A stretch of 64,000 nt of DNA from Gemmatimonadota bacterium (GTDB lineage: Bacteria; Gemmatimonadota; Gemmatimonadetes; Gemmatimonadales; GWC2-71-9): NCBI GenBank assembly GCA_036679605.1, contig JAZDCZ010000386.1:96001-160000 (forward strand), in the 5' to 3' direction. Positions 20,687-30,396 of this stretch are shown here, one piece after another. Numbering within the stretch: the stretch's first letter is position 1; each line of letters opens with the position of its first letter. Position numbers and translations under genes: made by a program. The notes under the pieces were generated by a model. That model searched no databases. It saw nothing but the letters and a program-made list of their open reading frames with translations, and was not told the origin of the DNA.

Positions 20687-21802
20687 GTGAAGATTCCGCT
20701 GCTGGACCTGCAGGCCCAGTTTGAGACCATAGAGAATGATGTCTTGCCGGCTGTGTTGCGGGTTGCAAAGAGCCAACATTTCATCATGGGTGAGCTGGTT
20801 GAGAGGTTGGAGGTAGCCATAGCGGAGTTGGCTGGAGTGTCACACGGCATAGCCTGCGCCAGCGGTACCGATGCTCTCCTGCTATCACTCAAGGCTCTCC
20901 GGCTGAAACCCGGCGACGAGGTCATCACAACCCCGTTCACCTTTTTTGCCACGGCTGGGGCCATCTGCAATGCGGGCGGCCACCCGGTTTTTGTCGACGT
21001 TAAACGGGATACGTTCAATATCGATGTCGAGCAAGTTGCTGCCGCTGTCACCGAGCGAACCCGTGCCATAGTCCCCGTCCATCTGTTTGGTCAGATGGCG
21101 GAGATGGATAATCTTCTCGAACTGGCCGCGCGCCACGACTTGGACATTATCGAGGACGCAGCACAGGCTATCGGAGCTAGTAGACTGATAGGCGGCGAGT
21201 GGCGAGCGGCTGGTGAACTGGGTACTACTGGAGCGTTTTCGTTCTTCCCGAGCAAGAATTTGGGCTGCTGGGGAGATGGCGGCATGATTGTGACTAGCGA
21301 TCCCGAACTGGCTGCGTGTTTGCGAAAACTGAGAACGCACGGAGGTGCAAAGCAGTACCACCATGAGGAGGTTGGGATAAACAGTCGTTTAGATGCAATT
21401 CAGGCCGCGGTGCTCCTTGTCAAGTTGCCGCACTTGGCCGCATGGACAGAGGTGAGGCAGAAGAATGCCGATCGATATTCTCAGTTGCTGCAGGATGTGG
21501 ATGCTGTTGAATGTCCTCCCACCGATCCGGCGAATCGGCATGTATACCACCAGTACACGGTTCGGGCCGAGCGGAGAGACGAGTTGAAGGAACATCTGGC
21601 CGAATCAGGGATTGGCTCTGCGGTATACTATCCACGTGCGCTGCACATGCAGCCGTGCTTCGCTGACCTCGGCTACGTGAAGGGGCAATTCGAAATCTCG
21701 GAACGCGCGTGTGACGAAGTGCTATCGCTTCCGATTTATCCGGAACTGACGCAGCAGGATCAAGAAACCGTTGTAGATGCGGTGAGGGAATTTTACCAGT
21801 GA
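20687..21802 (+). CDS. DegT/DnrJ/EryC1/StrS aminotransferase (WbpE-like)
   Basis: SGTDAL, EDAAQAIG, SFFPSKNLG, NSRLD. Confidence 0.9.
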   Translation: MKIPLLDLQAQFETIENDVLPAVLRVAKSQHFIMGELVERLEVAIAELAGVSHGIACASGTDALLLSLKALRLKPGDEVITTPFTFFATAGAICNAGGHPVFVDVKRDTFNIDVEQVAAAVTERTRAIVPVHLFGQMAEMDNLLELAARHDLDIIEDAAQAIGASRLIGGEWRAAGELGTTGAFSFFPSKNLGCWGDGGMIVTSDPELAACLRKLRTHGGAKQYHHEEVGINSRLDAIQAAVLLVKLPHLAAWTEVRQKNADRYSQLLQDVDAVECPPTDPANRHVYHQYTVRAERRDELKEHLAESGIGSAVYYPRALHMQPCFADLGYVKGQFEISERACDEVLSLPIYPELTQQDQETVVDAVREFYQ

Positions 21803-22827
21803 CGCGGTTGTCTATTGCGGTTGTGGGTGCGGGTAGTTGGGGGCGAAACCACGTTCGCACTCTGGCGTCACTAGCCGAGGTGCAACTATCCGCAATTTGC
21901 GACACTAGTGAACAGTGCCGCGCGTCAATGCAAAAGTCCTACCCAGCTGTGAGGGTAACCGCAGACTTTGACGAGGCGCTGGATTGCTCTCAAGCCGTGG
22001 TAATAGCGACGCCCGCTGGTGCCCATGCAGATCTCGCGCTGAGGGCAATTGAGAGGGGAATTCCGATATTGGTTGAGAAGCCTTTCGCGCTGTCGGTAGT
22101 TGAGGCGGAGGCGATTGCCGAACTAGCTGCCAAGAACGACGTTCCCGTTGTTGTCGGCCATCTCTTGTTGTTTCACCCGGCGATCACAATACTCAAACAA
22201 TTGATTGATGCAGGAGATGTCGGTGACATCCTATACCTTTACAGCCAGAGAGTGAATCTAGGCCAAGTTCGTCCTGATGAAAACGCGCTGTGGAGCTTCG
22301 GCCCGCACGATGTTTCGGTGGCATTGGACTTGCTCGGTACCGAGCCTTCGCGAGTACGGGCGCTGGGAAAGAGTTATCTGCAGCCGGGCATAGAAGATGT
22401 CGTTTTCATGACCATGGAGTTTGCGTCTGGAGCGATGGCACACGTCCAGATGTCGTGGCTTGATCCCCACAAGGAAAGGCGACTCACAGTGGTGGGTTCG
22501 GAGAAGATGGTTGAATTTGACGACATGGAAGTTCGAGACAAGTTGAAGATTTACGATCGAGGCGTCGACCGTCCGCCCGAGTACGCATCATACGGAGAGA
22601 GCCTTTCGGTTCGCGAAGGCGATATCTGGATACCGCGTGTGCCCAACGTCGAACCTTTGGCGGAGCAATTGCGGCACTTCGTGTCAGTGGTGCGCCGCGA
22701 AGCCGAACCCCGAGTTTCTGCCGATAGCGGAGTGTCGGTAGTACGCGTCTTAGAGGCTGCATCGCAATCGCTTGCAGCAGATGGTTCGGCGGTGGAAATC
22801 GTGGCTACCGGAACAAGGCAGGCTTAA
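21799..22827 (+). CDS. Gfo/Idh/MocA oxidoreductase (WbpB-like role inferred)
   Basis: VVGAGSWG, VEKP, PHD. Confidence 0.85.
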   Translation: MTRLSIAVVGAGSWGRNHVRTLASLAEVQLSAICDTSEQCRASMQKSYPAVRVTADFDEALDCSQAVVIATPAGAHADLALRAIERGIPILVEKPFALSVVEAEAIAELAAKNDVPVVVGHLLLFHPAITILKQLIDAGDVGDILYLYSQRVNLGQVRPDENALWSFGPHDVSVALDLLGTEPSRVRALGKSYLQPGIEDVVFMTMEFASGAMAHVQMSWLDPHKERRLTVVGSEKMVEFDDMEVRDKLKIYDRGVDRPPEYASYGESLSVREGDIWIPRVPNVEPLAEQLRHFVSVVRREAEPRVSADSGVSVVRVLEAASQSLAADGSAVEIVATGTRQA

Positions 22828-24120
22828 GTGCAACCAAAAGCTCAACTCATCGCGAAAGCTAAGGACAAATCTGCAGTCTTCGGTGTTATCGGTCTCGGAT
22901 ATGTGGGTTTGCCGCTCGCGATAGAACTCGGCAAGACCGGATACCAGGTGATCGGGTTTGACTTAAGCAACGAAGTGGTTGATGGAGTGAACGCGGGGCG
23001 GTCTCACATTCGAGATGTGCCGGCCGAACAGCTGTCGACTCTCGTGTCTGCCGGACTCATTACTGCAACGAGTGACATGGGCCGTCTGGGTCAAGTCGAC
23101 GCGATATGTATTTGTGTGCCGACTCCGTTGTCCAAGACCAAAGACCCCGACGTTTCCTACGTGATTGCAGCAGCAGATGCTGTTGCTACATCGGTGAGGT
23201 CGGGACAAGTGATCATCCTCGAGAGCACGACGTATCCGGGCACCACGCGGGAGCTTCTGCTGCCAGGCATAACCGCGCGCGGGCTAGAAATTGGGAAGGA
23301 TGCGTTTCTCGCGTTCAGCCCGGAGCGGGTGGACCCGGGCAATCCTACATGGCGCACGCGCAATACGCCGAAGGTGATCGGTGGGCTAACCGACGATTGC
23401 CTCGATGTTGTCCTCGCGCTGTATGAGCCTGTCTTCGACTCGCTGGTACCCGTCTCATCGCCTGAAGCGGCAGAATTGGTCAAGCTGTTGGAGAACACAT
23501 TCCGCAGCATAAATATTGGATTGGCCAACGAAATGGCCATAGTGTGCGACAAGCTCGGTGTCGATGTGTGGGAGGTCATTGAGGCGGCTGCCACTAAACC
23601 GTTCGGTTTCATGAAATTCACTCCGGGGCCGGGCTTAGGTGGTCACTGCATTCCTATTGACCCGCACTATCTCTCCTGGAAAATGCGAGGCCTCAACTAC
23701 AAGACGCGCTTCATAGATGTGGCAGGTGAAGTCAATTCGGAAATGCCCGCCTTCTGGGTTAGAAAGATCGCCGAACGGCTGAATGAAGACGAGAAGGCGC
23801 TGCGCGGCTCCAGAATTCTGGTAGTGGGATTGAGCTACAAGCCGGATATCGACGACGTTCGGGAAAGCCCGTCGTTGGACATAATTCGTCTATTGAGCCA
23901 GCAAGGCGCCGACGTGGTTTACCACGATCCCTACGTGCCCGAGCCTCCTGATGGAGACTTGTCGCTCCAACCTATTGCGTTCACAGAAGAAGAGATAAGA
24001 AAGGCGGATTGTGTGGTGATAGCGACAGATCATTCGTGCCTGGATTACGAGATGCTAGGTGCCAACGCGCGGCAGATCGTGGACACCAGGAACGCGATGA
24101 AACGGGTAGGGCGCAAATGA
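22828..24120 (+). CDS. UDP-N-acetylhexosamine 6-dehydrogenase (WbpA-like)
   Basis: GLGYVGLP, ESTTYPG, SPERVDPG, GGHCIPIDP. Confidence 0.88.
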   Translation: MQPKAQLIAKAKDKSAVFGVIGLGYVGLPLAIELGKTGYQVIGFDLSNEVVDGVNAGRSHIRDVPAEQLSTLVSAGLITATSDMGRLGQVDAICICVPTPLSKTKDPDVSYVIAAADAVATSVRSGQVIILESTTYPGTTRELLLPGITARGLEIGKDAFLAFSPERVDPGNPTWRTRNTPKVIGGLTDDCLDVVLALYEPVFDSLVPVSSPEAAELVKLLENTFRSINIGLANEMAIVCDKLGVDVWEVIEAAATKPFGFMKFTPGPGLGGHCIPIDPHYLSWKMRGLNYKTRFIDVAGEVNSEMPAFWVRKIAERLNEDEKALRGSRILVVGLSYKPDIDDVRESPSLDIIRLLSQQGADVVYHDPYVPEPPDGDLSLQPIAFTEEEIRKADCVVIATDHSCLDYEMLGANARQIVDTRNAMKRVGRK

Positions 24121-25427
24121 AGGTTGCGGTCATTGGAACCGGCTACGTCGGCTTAGTCGTCGGGGCTTGTTTGGCGGAAGCGGGGAACGACGTTATCTGC
24201 GCGGACGTGGACGAAAACAAGATAAACCGGCTCAAGGAGAACAACATACCCATCTATGAGCCGGGCCTGGAGGCTTTGGTTGTTAAGAATCAAGCGGCGG
24301 GCCGGTTAGAGTTTACAACCGACGTCGGAACCGCAGTAGAGCGATCTAGTGTGGTGGCTATCGCGGTCGGAACTCCTCCAGACGAGGACGGTTCGGCAGA
24401 TCTGAGTCATGTGCTTGATGCAGCGCGCACTATCGGTGACCACATGAACAACACCAAGATCGTGATGACAAAGAGCACGGTTCCTGTAGGAACCGCCGCT
24501 AAAGTCAGGGCCGCGATCGCCGAGCGCACCTCGCAAGAGTGCCACGTTTGTTCCAACCCCGAGTTCCTGAAAGAGGGCGCCGCCGTAGACGATTTCATGA
24601 AACCCAACAGGGTAATAGTCGGAGTAGACTCAGACGAAGCGGCAGCCGTAATGGGCGAGTTGTACGAGCCATTTGTACGCACGGGGAATCCCATCCTCTT
24701 CATGGATCCGACGTCGGCAGAGCTGGCTAAATACGCGGCTAACGCCATGCTGGCCACGCGCATCTCGTTCATGAACCAAATGGCTTCGTTATGTGAAGAA
24801 GTGGGCGCGGACGTGAACCTGATAAGGAAGGGTATGGGCAGCGACCCGCGGATCGGCCGTCACTTTCTTTTCCCCGGTCCTGGATATGGAGGATCATGCT
24901 TCCCCAAGGATGTGAAAGCGCTCGTCAAGACGGGCGACGAACACGGTATTTCTCTGGACATCCTAAAGGCAGTGGAGGACGTCAACCAACGGCAGAAGCT
25001 GTGGCTATTCAATAAAGTGAGCGAGGCCATTGGCGGGAGCCTCGAGAAGTCGACGGTTGCCCTTTGGGGTCTCGCGTTCAAGGCCGAGACGGACGACATG
25101 CGGGAGAGCCCGGCCGTCGATCTCATTGACAGTCTGTTGAGTGCCGGTGCCAAGGTCCGGGTTCACGATCCCAAGGCCAACGGAACTGCGGAAGCAGTTT
25201 ACGGCGACCGCATAGAGTATCTGTCCAGCGCTTACGATGCGTTGAAGGGCGCCGATGCCCTGGCAATAGTTACTGAGTGGATGGCATTCCGAAACCCGGA
25301 TTTCGAGCGCGTCAAAGAACTGCTGAATCGACCCATCGTGGTTGATGCGCGCAATCTCTACAAGCCCAGCAGAATGAAGGCACTGGGATTCACCTACTTG
25401 AGTATTGGGAGGGCGGGCAGGGCATGA
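24117..25427 (+). CDS. ugd: UDP-glucose 6-dehydrogenase
   Basis: [25 protein letters not shown]; start ATG 24117. Confidence 0.9.
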   Translation: MKVAVIGTGYVGLVVGACLAEAGNDVICADVDENKINRLKENNIPIYEPGLEALVVKNQAAGRLEFTTDVGTAVERSSVVAIAVGTPPDEDGSADLSHVLDAARTIGDHMNNTKIVMTKSTVPVGTAAKVRAAIAERTSQECHVCSNPEFLKEGAAVDDFMKPNRVIVGVDSDEAAAVMGELYEPFVRTGNPILFMDPTSAELAKYAANAMLATRISFMNQMASLCEEVGADVNLIRKGMGSDPRIGRHFLFPGPGYGGSCFPKDVKALVKTGDEHGISLDILKAVEDVNQRQKLWLFNKVSEAIGGSLEKSTVALWGLAFKAETDDMRESPAVDLIDSLLSAGAKVRVHDPKANGTAEAVYGDRIEYLSSAYDALKGADALAIVTEWMAFRNPDFERVKELLNRPIVVDARNLYKPSRMKALGFTYLSIGRAGRA

Positions 25428-26356
25428 GGGTACTTGTGACGGGTGCAGCGGGATTCTTGGGCTCGCATCTCTGCGATCGGCTCCTGGCGGACGGCCACAC
25501 GGTGATCGGAATGGATAGTCTGCTCACCGGTTCCACCGACAACCTGGCACATCTGGAACGCGTGCCGGCATTCACACTTGTTAGACAAGACGTCAGTAGC
25601 TTTATCTCCATCGGCGGGCCGGTCGATGCCGTGTTCCACTTTGCCTCGCCGGCCAGCCCAGTGGACTACCTCAAGATGCCGATCCAGACACTCAAGGTCG
25701 GGTCGCTCGGCACTCACAATGCGCTCGGGTTGGCCAAGGCGAAGGGCGCCCGCTTCTTCCTTGCCAGCACGTCCGAGGCTTACGGCGATCCGCAGGTACA
25801 TCCGCAGCCCGAATCTTACTGGGGTCATGTGAATCCGGTCGGCCCGCGCGGCGTGTACGACGAAGCCAAACGGTTCGCCGAGGCTATGACCATGGCGTAC
25901 CACCGCTACCACGGAATCGATACCCGCATCGTCAGGATATTCAACACCTACGGACCGCGCATGAGGCCGGATGACGGCAGGGTGGTTTCCAATTTCATTG
26001 TCCAAGCGCTACGAGGTGAGCCGCTAACGGTGTACGGTGACGGTTCGCAGACTCGTTCGTTCTGTTATGTGGATGACGAGGTTGAGGGGATCATGCGGTT
26101 ATTCGAGCACGGCAGCCATGAGCCCACCAATGTCGGGAATCCCAACGAATTTACGGTGGTGGAACTCGCCGACATCGTAGCAAGACTGACAGGATCAAAC
26201 TCAAAGATCGAGTTCAAGCCTCTCCCAACCGACGACCCGAAAGTTCGCTGCCCAGATATTTCACGGGCGAAAGCCGAATTGAATTGGGAGCCCAAGATTC
26301 TCCTCGAAGAGGGTTTGCAGCGGACCATCCCATATTTTCGAGAGAAATTACAATGA
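25424..26356 (+). CDS. UDP-glucuronate decarboxylase (UDP-xylose synthase family)
   Basis: [43 protein letters not shown]. Confidence 0.9.
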   Translation: MRVLVTGAAGFLGSHLCDRLLADGHTVIGMDSLLTGSTDNLAHLERVPAFTLVRQDVSSFISIGGPVDAVFHFASPASPVDYLKMPIQTLKVGSLGTHNALGLAKAKGARFFLASTSEAYGDPQVHPQPESYWGHVNPVGPRGVYDEAKRFAEAMTMAYHRYHGIDTRIVRIFNTYGPRMRPDDGRVVSNFIVQALRGEPLTVYGDGSQTRSFCYVDDEVEGIMRLFEHGSHEPTNVGNPNEFTVVELADIVARLTGSNSKIEFKPLPTDDPKVRCPDISRAKAELNWEPKILLEEGLQRTIPYFREKLQ

Positions 26357-27336
26357 CCGGGCGGGTGATGGTCACCGGTGCGGCTGGTTTCATCGGTGGG
26401 CACCTGTGTGACGCCCTGCTACGTGCCGGCCTTGAGGTAACGGGGGTCGACAACTTCGATCCGTTCTACGACCGGAGTATCAAGAGTGACACGGTGAGTC
26501 GCCTTAGCTCAACATCATCGTTCACTTTTTGCGAGGCGGATATCCGGGACGGGGTGACCATGCTGGAGCAGGTTGCCGGGGCCGATGTCGTAGTTCATTT
26601 GGCTGCCAAGGCCGGTGTGCGGCCGAGTATCCAAGATCCCGCATCGTACACTTCGGTCAATGTCGATGGTACGGTGCAGCTTCTTGAGGCCTGCGTCCAG
26701 AATGGTGTTCGGAAATTCGTGTTCGGATCTTCTTCGTCGGTGTACGGCGACGATACGCCGGCTCCGTTTTCAGAAACCGTCCCCGCCATGGTTCCGATAT
26801 CTCCCTACGCAGCCACGAAGAGGGCGGGAGAGTTAATGTGTGAAGTGTACGCCAGACTGCATGACCTCCGCATCGCTGCACTACGGTTTTTCACGGTTTA
26901 CGGCCACCGACAGAGACCCGACCTAGCGATTTACCGGTTTACCAAGTTGCTCGCTCAGGGCAGCCCGATAGAGAGATACGGCGATGGCTCGACCGAGCGT
27001 GACTACACTCACATAGACGACATTGTAAAGGGGGTTGTTGCGGCCGTTGAGTGGACTGCCGCTAAGGAGTCCGGATACGAGATCTTCAACCTGGGCGAGT
27101 CACGCACAGTTAGGTTGGACTATCTGATCGAACTCATAGCTGGCTCCCTCGACGTGACTCCGAAGATTGAGCTATTGCCGATGCAGCCAGGCGATGTAAG
27201 ACGAACGTTCGCAGATATATCTAAAGCCCGCCGAGTACTGGGCTATGATCCTAGTGTTACTATTGAACAGGGAATCCCAGATTTCGTAGACTGGTACAGG
27301 ACGGTGTATGGACATAAGTCCCCATCGGTTGCTTGA
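26353..27336 (+). CDS. UDP-glucuronate 4-epimerase-like SDR
   Basis: [42 protein letters not shown]; start ATG 26353. Confidence 0.85.
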   Translation: MTGRVMVTGAAGFIGGHLCDALLRAGLEVTGVDNFDPFYDRSIKSDTVSRLSSTSSFTFCEADIRDGVTMLEQVAGADVVVHLAAKAGVRPSIQDPASYTSVNVDGTVQLLEACVQNGVRKFVFGSSSSVYGDDTPAPFSETVPAMVPISPYAATKRAGELMCEVYARLHDLRIAALRFFTVYGHRQRPDLAIYRFTKLLAQGSPIERYGDGSTERDYTHIDDIVKGVVAAVEWTAAKESGYEIFNLGESRTVRLDYLIELIAGSLDVTPKIELLPMQPGDVRRTFADISKARRVLGYDPSVTIEQGIPDFVDWYRTVYGHKSPSVA

Positions 27337-28018
27337 TAGAGCGAAGGAACGCTTTCAGCTCGCCGACTACTTCGGCTGCATCCACCTACTAGAGGATCTG
27401 ATCGAAGGCGGCCGCGCGTTCGCCGACGCTCACCATTTGCTTGGGTTGGCGTTTCAGATGATCGGCCGACCTGAGCGTGCTCTCGAGTCACTGGATCATG
27501 CCTTGGAACTCAATCCCCGGTACGTGGAGGCCCATATCCATCGCGGGATTGTGCTGGGCGAATTGGGAAGACCGGCCGAAGCCGAAGATTCGTTTGCGGC
27601 GGCGCGAGACTACGGTGGCGGAGAAAGAGGCGGGGTTCCTGCGCACCATGCATCCGAACTCGCCAACCTCCATGCCGCGCTTGGTGAGGCCTATGTCGAA
27701 GCTGGAGCCCTGAGCCAGGCGATTGACCAATACGAAGCGGCGTTGCGCTTCGGACCTGAGTTTCACGACCTCCGCTATCGGCTGGGGAGGCTACTGCTCG
27801 AGGCCGGCCGCTCCCTGGAAGCTCGTGAGGCACTCAAGCAGGTGGCCGACGCCAGGCCTGGATCAAATGACGTCAGATCGACCTTCGGGATGGCCTGCTA
27901 TGTGTCGGGTGATGCGGGCACTGCGAGAGAAGTATGGGAGGAGCTGCTGGAGCGGGACCCAGACGATACGAGAGCAATCACTTATCTTACCATGCTAGAT
28001 CGTGGGGCGGACGCCTAA
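27308..28018 (+). CDS. TPR-repeat protein
   Basis: Repeated TPR helices (ADAHHLLG, LELNPRYVEAH, DLRYRLG). Confidence 0.85.
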   Translation: MDISPHRLLDRAKERFQLADYFGCIHLLEDLIEGGRAFADAHHLLGLAFQMIGRPERALESLDHALELNPRYVEAHIHRGIVLGELGRPAEAEDSFAAARDYGGGERGGVPAHHASELANLHAALGEAYVEAGALSQAIDQYEAALRFGPEFHDLRYRLGRLLLEAGRSLEAREALKQVADARPGSNDVRSTFGMACYVSGDAGTAREVWEELLERDPDDTRAITYLTMLDRGADA

Positions 28019-28928
28019 GTTGCCGTGTCGATTTGGGCCGATCGTCGCAGTGTTCTTATTCGCTGGGTGTGTCGGATCTGCAACTGAGCACGAAGTGCTG
28101 GGTGACCAGGCGTACGCAGACGGCAGATTTAGGGATGCCTTGGTAGAGTACCGACTGGCTCTCCTCCAGCGCAGTGATCCCGAACTACATGCCAAGACGG
28201 CTGCTGCTGCCTTCCACACCGGTGAGCTTACGAGTGCTGCCGAGCAGTATGTTGCTGTGGCAGAGTCGGGTGGTGAATCCGGCGTTTCCGAAGGGGCGGA
28301 TGGTCTGGCGCGGGTTGCCCGGGCGGCGTTGGCGGGCCGGGATCGGATCGCGTTGACGACCGCCCTTGTCGGCTTGCAGCAGATCGCACCTGGGCGCGCG
28401 CTGGGCTCGTTTTCTCGCGAGATTGCCAGCCAGGTAGGTGACGCACCGCCGTCGGAGGAAGTGTTGTCCGTGCTGGAGTTGGCTGCCGCCGGGGCACCGG
28501 ATGCTCGATTACAGGATTCACTTGTCTACAAGTACTCAGTAGTGCTCCGACGATTGGAGCGGTGCGAGGAGGCCCTGCCGGTGCTCGAAAGCCTCTTGAG
28601 GCGGCAGCGCGAACCGGCGGTGTTGGATAGTGCGCGGCAGGATCTTGGGTTTTGCGCCCTGAGGCTCGGCCGGGAGTCGTTGGACCAGGGACTGCCGCTG
28701 TCCGCCGAAGCATGGTTCCAGCGGGCGGTGGCTGGCTCTGGTACGACGCGATATGGGCGGATGGCGTATGTAGGATTGGGTGATGTGCTGTTTGCCAGAG
28801 CTGATTTTGCGGGTGCGGCAGCGGCCTATGAGAGTGCGTTCGTGGGCGGTACACCTGACGATTCAATTTCGGTGGCTGCGGCGGCACGCCTCAGGATAGT
28901 TGAAGCAGCTGGAACGGGGACTCCATAA
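28002..28928 (+). CDS. TPR-like lipoprotein
   Basis: Lipobox FAGC; helical Ala-rich repeats; start uncertain. Confidence 0.75.
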   Translation: MGRTPKLPCRFGPIVAVFLFAGCVGSATEHEVLGDQAYADGRFRDALVEYRLALLQRSDPELHAKTAAAAFHTGELTSAAEQYVAVAESGGESGVSEGADGLARVARAALAGRDRIALTTALVGLQQIAPGRALGSFSREIASQVGDAPPSEEVLSVLELAAAGAPDARLQDSLVYKYSVVLRRLERCEEALPVLESLLRRQREPAVLDSARQDLGFCALRLGRESLDQGLPLSAEAWFQRAVAGSGTTRYGRMAYVGLGDVLFARADFAGAAAAYESAFVGGTPDDSISVAAAARLRIVEAAGTGTP

Positions 28929-29012
28929 TGGTGTTAAATCGAGGTGGCTTGGCTGAACGGCGGTCTCTTAAGACAATGGACATGGGAATTGACAAATGGT
29001 GGAGTTTAGGCA

Positions 29013-29813
29013 GTGACATCATGTAGTTGGCCACAGCACCACCGTTCTGCAACTCCACCGTCGTTCCCAGTCAAGCCATCATCGTGGCTGGTGCTGTTGC
29101 TGACAGTCGGAGTTCTCGCATGTGGACGTGGCCTGAATCTTTCGCAGTATCCAACTCCCGAAGCGCTACTGGAGGTTTCACTTCTGAAGTTTGCGGAAGG
29201 GAATTGCGGAGCGGCGGAGACAGGGTTCGAAAGCCTCACCTTGGTGCTGTCCTCCAGAGATCCGCGGCAGGCCATCGCGCGCTTCTTCATAGCCGAGTGC
29301 AGTTTTAAGCGTAAGCGCTATCTGCAGGCAACGCGCGACTACCGGCGCGTGACAAACGAGCATCCCCAAGATTCGCTGGCACCCAGGGCACTGTTGAGAG
29401 CCGGCGAAGCATATGGAAAGCTGTGGAGACGATCGGAGCTGGATGCAACCAACGGGCTGAGTGCGCTCACCACCTACAGCGAATTGCTGAACCGGTACCC
29501 ATCTAGCCCTGAAGTGTTGCAGGCTCGCGAGCGTATTACCGTCTTGAACGAGAAGTTCGCGAAGAAGGAATACGACTCTGGGATCTTCTACCTGCGTCTC
29601 AAGGCGTTCGATTCAGCGATAACATATTTTAAGACCGTTGTAGCCGATTACCCGCAATCGATCTTCGCACCGGAAGCTCTGCTGAAACTGGTTGAAGCCT
29701 TTGACAAAATCGGCTACAACGAAGACAAGAACGATATGTGCACACAGTTGCAACGATTCTATCCGGAGGTACTCGATCGGGCCGAGTCATGTCCGGCTCG
29801 GAACGCCCCGTAG
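29013..29813 (+). CDS. bamD: outer membrane protein assembly factor BamD
   Basis: Lipobox VLAC, TPRs, RYPSSP, GIFYLRLKAFDSAITYF..VVADYP; start uncertain. Confidence 0.8.
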   Translation: MTSCSWPQHHRSATPPSFPVKPSSWLVLLLTVGVLACGRGLNLSQYPTPEALLEVSLLKFAEGNCGAAETGFESLTLVLSSRDPRQAIARFFIAECSFKRKRYLQATRDYRRVTNEHPQDSLAPRALLRAGEAYGKLWRRSELDATNGLSALTTYSELLNRYPSSPEVLQARERITVLNEKFAKKEYDSGIFYLRLKAFDSAITYFKTVVADYPQSIFAPEALLKLVEAFDKIGYNEDKNDMCTQLQRFYPEVLDRAESCPARNAP

Positions 29814-29820
29814 GCAGAAC

Positions 29821-30396
29821 TTGCGGATCGGAATCTTTGGTGGGTCGTTCGACCCGCCACACATAGCGCACGTTGCGGTGGCGTCAGCGGCAGCAGACAT
29901 GCTTTCGCTCGACCGCGTTCATTTCGTCCCGACGTTCATGCAACCGCTGAAGCCCGGACCGCACGTTGGTTCTCCGCAGGAGCGTCTGGAAATGGTGAGG
30001 GCGGTCGTGGCGGAAGACCCTCGGTTCGTTGCCGATGCGAGGGAGATAGAGCGGGCGGGCACTTCCTATACAATCGATACACTGCGCAGCCTGCGGCGCG
30101 ATTTTCCCAATTCTGAGCTATCTTTATTGATTGGGGCAGATACGGTCCAAGACCTTCCTCGGTGGCACGAGTGGGAGGAACTGCCCCGATTGGCGAGCAT
30201 AGTGGTGCTTTCACGGCCAGGTGCCAAGCCCGCGGTCAGCGCAGCGGTGGCCAGCTACCTCGAGGTGCCGGAGATCGACATCTCCGCCACTCGGATACGC
30301 GAGACGATTCGCGATGGTCGACCGTTTCGGGAGCTGCTACCCGCTTCCGTCGCCGATTACATAGAAACGCACGGTCTCTACGGTTTAGGGAACTGA
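29821..30396 (+). CDS. nadD: nicotinate-nucleotide adenylyltransferase
   Basis: [32 protein letters not shown]. Confidence 0.93.
   Translation: MRIGIFGGSFDPPHIAHVAVASAAADMLSLDRVHFVPTFMQPLKPGPHVGSPQERLEMVRAVVAEDPRFVADAREIERAGTSYTIDTLRSLRRDFPNSELSLLIGADTVQDLPRWHEWEELPRLASIVVLSRPGAKPAVSAAVASYLEVPEIDISATRIRETIRDGRPFRELLPASVADYIETHGLYGLGN

Noticed and set aside
30162..30395. N-terminal extension of SecA in the ORF track (also those of E1b, pyrF, carB, ugd, nadD, tsaB, ssb, hutU)
   Set aside because: Longest-ORF artefacts overlapping upstream genes; family-typical N-termini begin at downstream coupled starts
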